From the NCBI GenBank assembly GCA_002633005.1, contig NMRA01000063.1:666427-730426 (forward strand): 64,000 nt of DNA, read 5' to 3'. Each line of letters begins with the position of its first letter. The first letter of the stretch is position 1. Under the pieces are notes generated by a model that saw only the letters and a program-made list of their open reading frames with translations, had not been told where the DNA came from and ran no database searches. This document shows, piece by piece, positions 62,760 to 64,000 of the stretch. A program made the translations under genes and the position numbers. The DNA is from Phoronis australis. Lineage: Eukaryota; Animalia; Phoronida.

Positions 62760-63838
62760 GGCGTCCGTCCCTCTGTCAACCTCTATTAACCAAACCGCTC
62801 TAAGGAGGATTGTGAAAATTGGCATATATGTTCCTACTTCGAATGCTGTGGCGCCTTCTAGTGGCAGTTTTGTTTGTTTTTGGGCCCATGGCTGTATCTC
62901 CTAAACGCTTTACAGGTTCTTTATTGAATTTAGCAAATGTTTTTATATGAAGTTGACAACAGACGACGACGACTTTCGAACGGATCAGACTACCAGTGTG
63001 TCCCCTTGTGGCAATTTCAGTTTTTACGCTTACCTCTGTATCTTCAAAGGTCCTCAAGGGGTTTCCATTAAATTTGGCAGATAGGCATCTAGTAGTGGGG
63101 TGATGCTATCCATTCGTTTTCATTGTATTTCGTGCCACCTTGTGCCCATTTTTATTGGTTTCAAGGCTGTATCTCACAAACTCTCTGCAGGATCTTTATT
63201 GAATGTAGCAAGTGTATTTATAAGTAGTTGACAATGGACGGCAACGACTTTCAGATGAATCCGACAAATGCTGTACCCCCTATTGGCAGTTTAATTTTTT
63301 CCTTTTACCTGTGTTTCTCCAGTTCAAGCTCCTTGATGGATTTTTATGAAATTCGGTACCTAGTTTTCTATTGAAACGATGACATGTTCCTGTTTTCGGA
63401 TACCTTTGACGTATTTTGTGCCATCTCATCTAGTGACCATTTTTACTGTAGTCCGGTTTTTGCATCTTCCCCTCTATCAACCAAATCACTCTAAGTTTGT
63501 GAAAATTGGCATATACGTTCTTAGTGTGAAGAGGACGGTTGACGATTTTCCTGCAACTTCAACTACTGTGGCAGTTACTTTCTGTACCCATAGCCCCCTA
63601 GTGGCAATTTCATTTTTTCTGTTTTCCTCCTTTTCTCTGAAGTTCCTTGATGGATTTTTATATTTGGTAAATAGATTTTTATTAAAGAAGCGGTGACAAG
63701 TTCCCGTTTTCGGATGGATTCGACTTATTTTGTGCTATCTAGTGGCCATTTCTGTGATACAAATAAACACCCCTAAAAGCACACTGTTTGCAGAGCCTTC
63801 ATGGGCGCATTGCCTTGCTTCGCGTTGCTCTTGTTTTT
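62760..63838 (+). mobile_element. HINE/CTCF-motif family, 5'-truncated copy
   Basis: About 7 core monomers; 3' atgggcgcat...cgcgttgctcttgtt. Confidence 0.75.
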
Positions 63839-64000
63839 TCTTTGCTCTATGATCTTAAGCATTTTAAATTTAAAACGTTTACAGTCAGAAACTTGAACCT
63901 CTTTATTTTACCTTTGCCAAGTCAATAAGCTCATTGGCCTTATCAATGACCTCATTGGCCTAATCATGTAGACTTAGGTGTGACGACTAACAGTGAAAAA

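Overview
AT-rich, intron- and transposon-rich animal genomic DNA, probably a marine invertebrate or lophotrochozoan (inference); there are no prokaryotic features. Two chromatin-modifier genes sit head-to-head with start codons about 250 bp apart. METTL23 is complete on the minus strand (5 exons, 21072 to 8524, 234 aa). SIRT7 is on the plus strand (exons 1-4 from 21322 and continues past the window); exon 4 appears twice beside an N-gap. Two exons of a TRPM-like channel lie at the left edge. Mobile DNA dominates: a full-length defective Ty1/copia element with a half-tRNAiMet primer site in METTL23 intron 1, a full-length decayed LINE with a 10-bp TSD, several Kolobok-type elements (TTAA, THAP, P2X7-C-terminal-like KolX), hAT and TcMar MITEs, and many minisatellites. 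The most notable observations are: (1) a DINE-1/HINE-like Helentron-derived family (6 loci, about 9 kb) whose ~145-bp core repeats each carry a CTCF-consensus motif, with arrays pointing inward on either side of the shared METTL23/SIRT7 promoter; (2) a spliced Spindlin-like Tudor remnant between two inverted Kolobok copies; (3) the pairing of an H3R17 writer with an H3K18 eraser. All calls were made by eye, without alignment tools.
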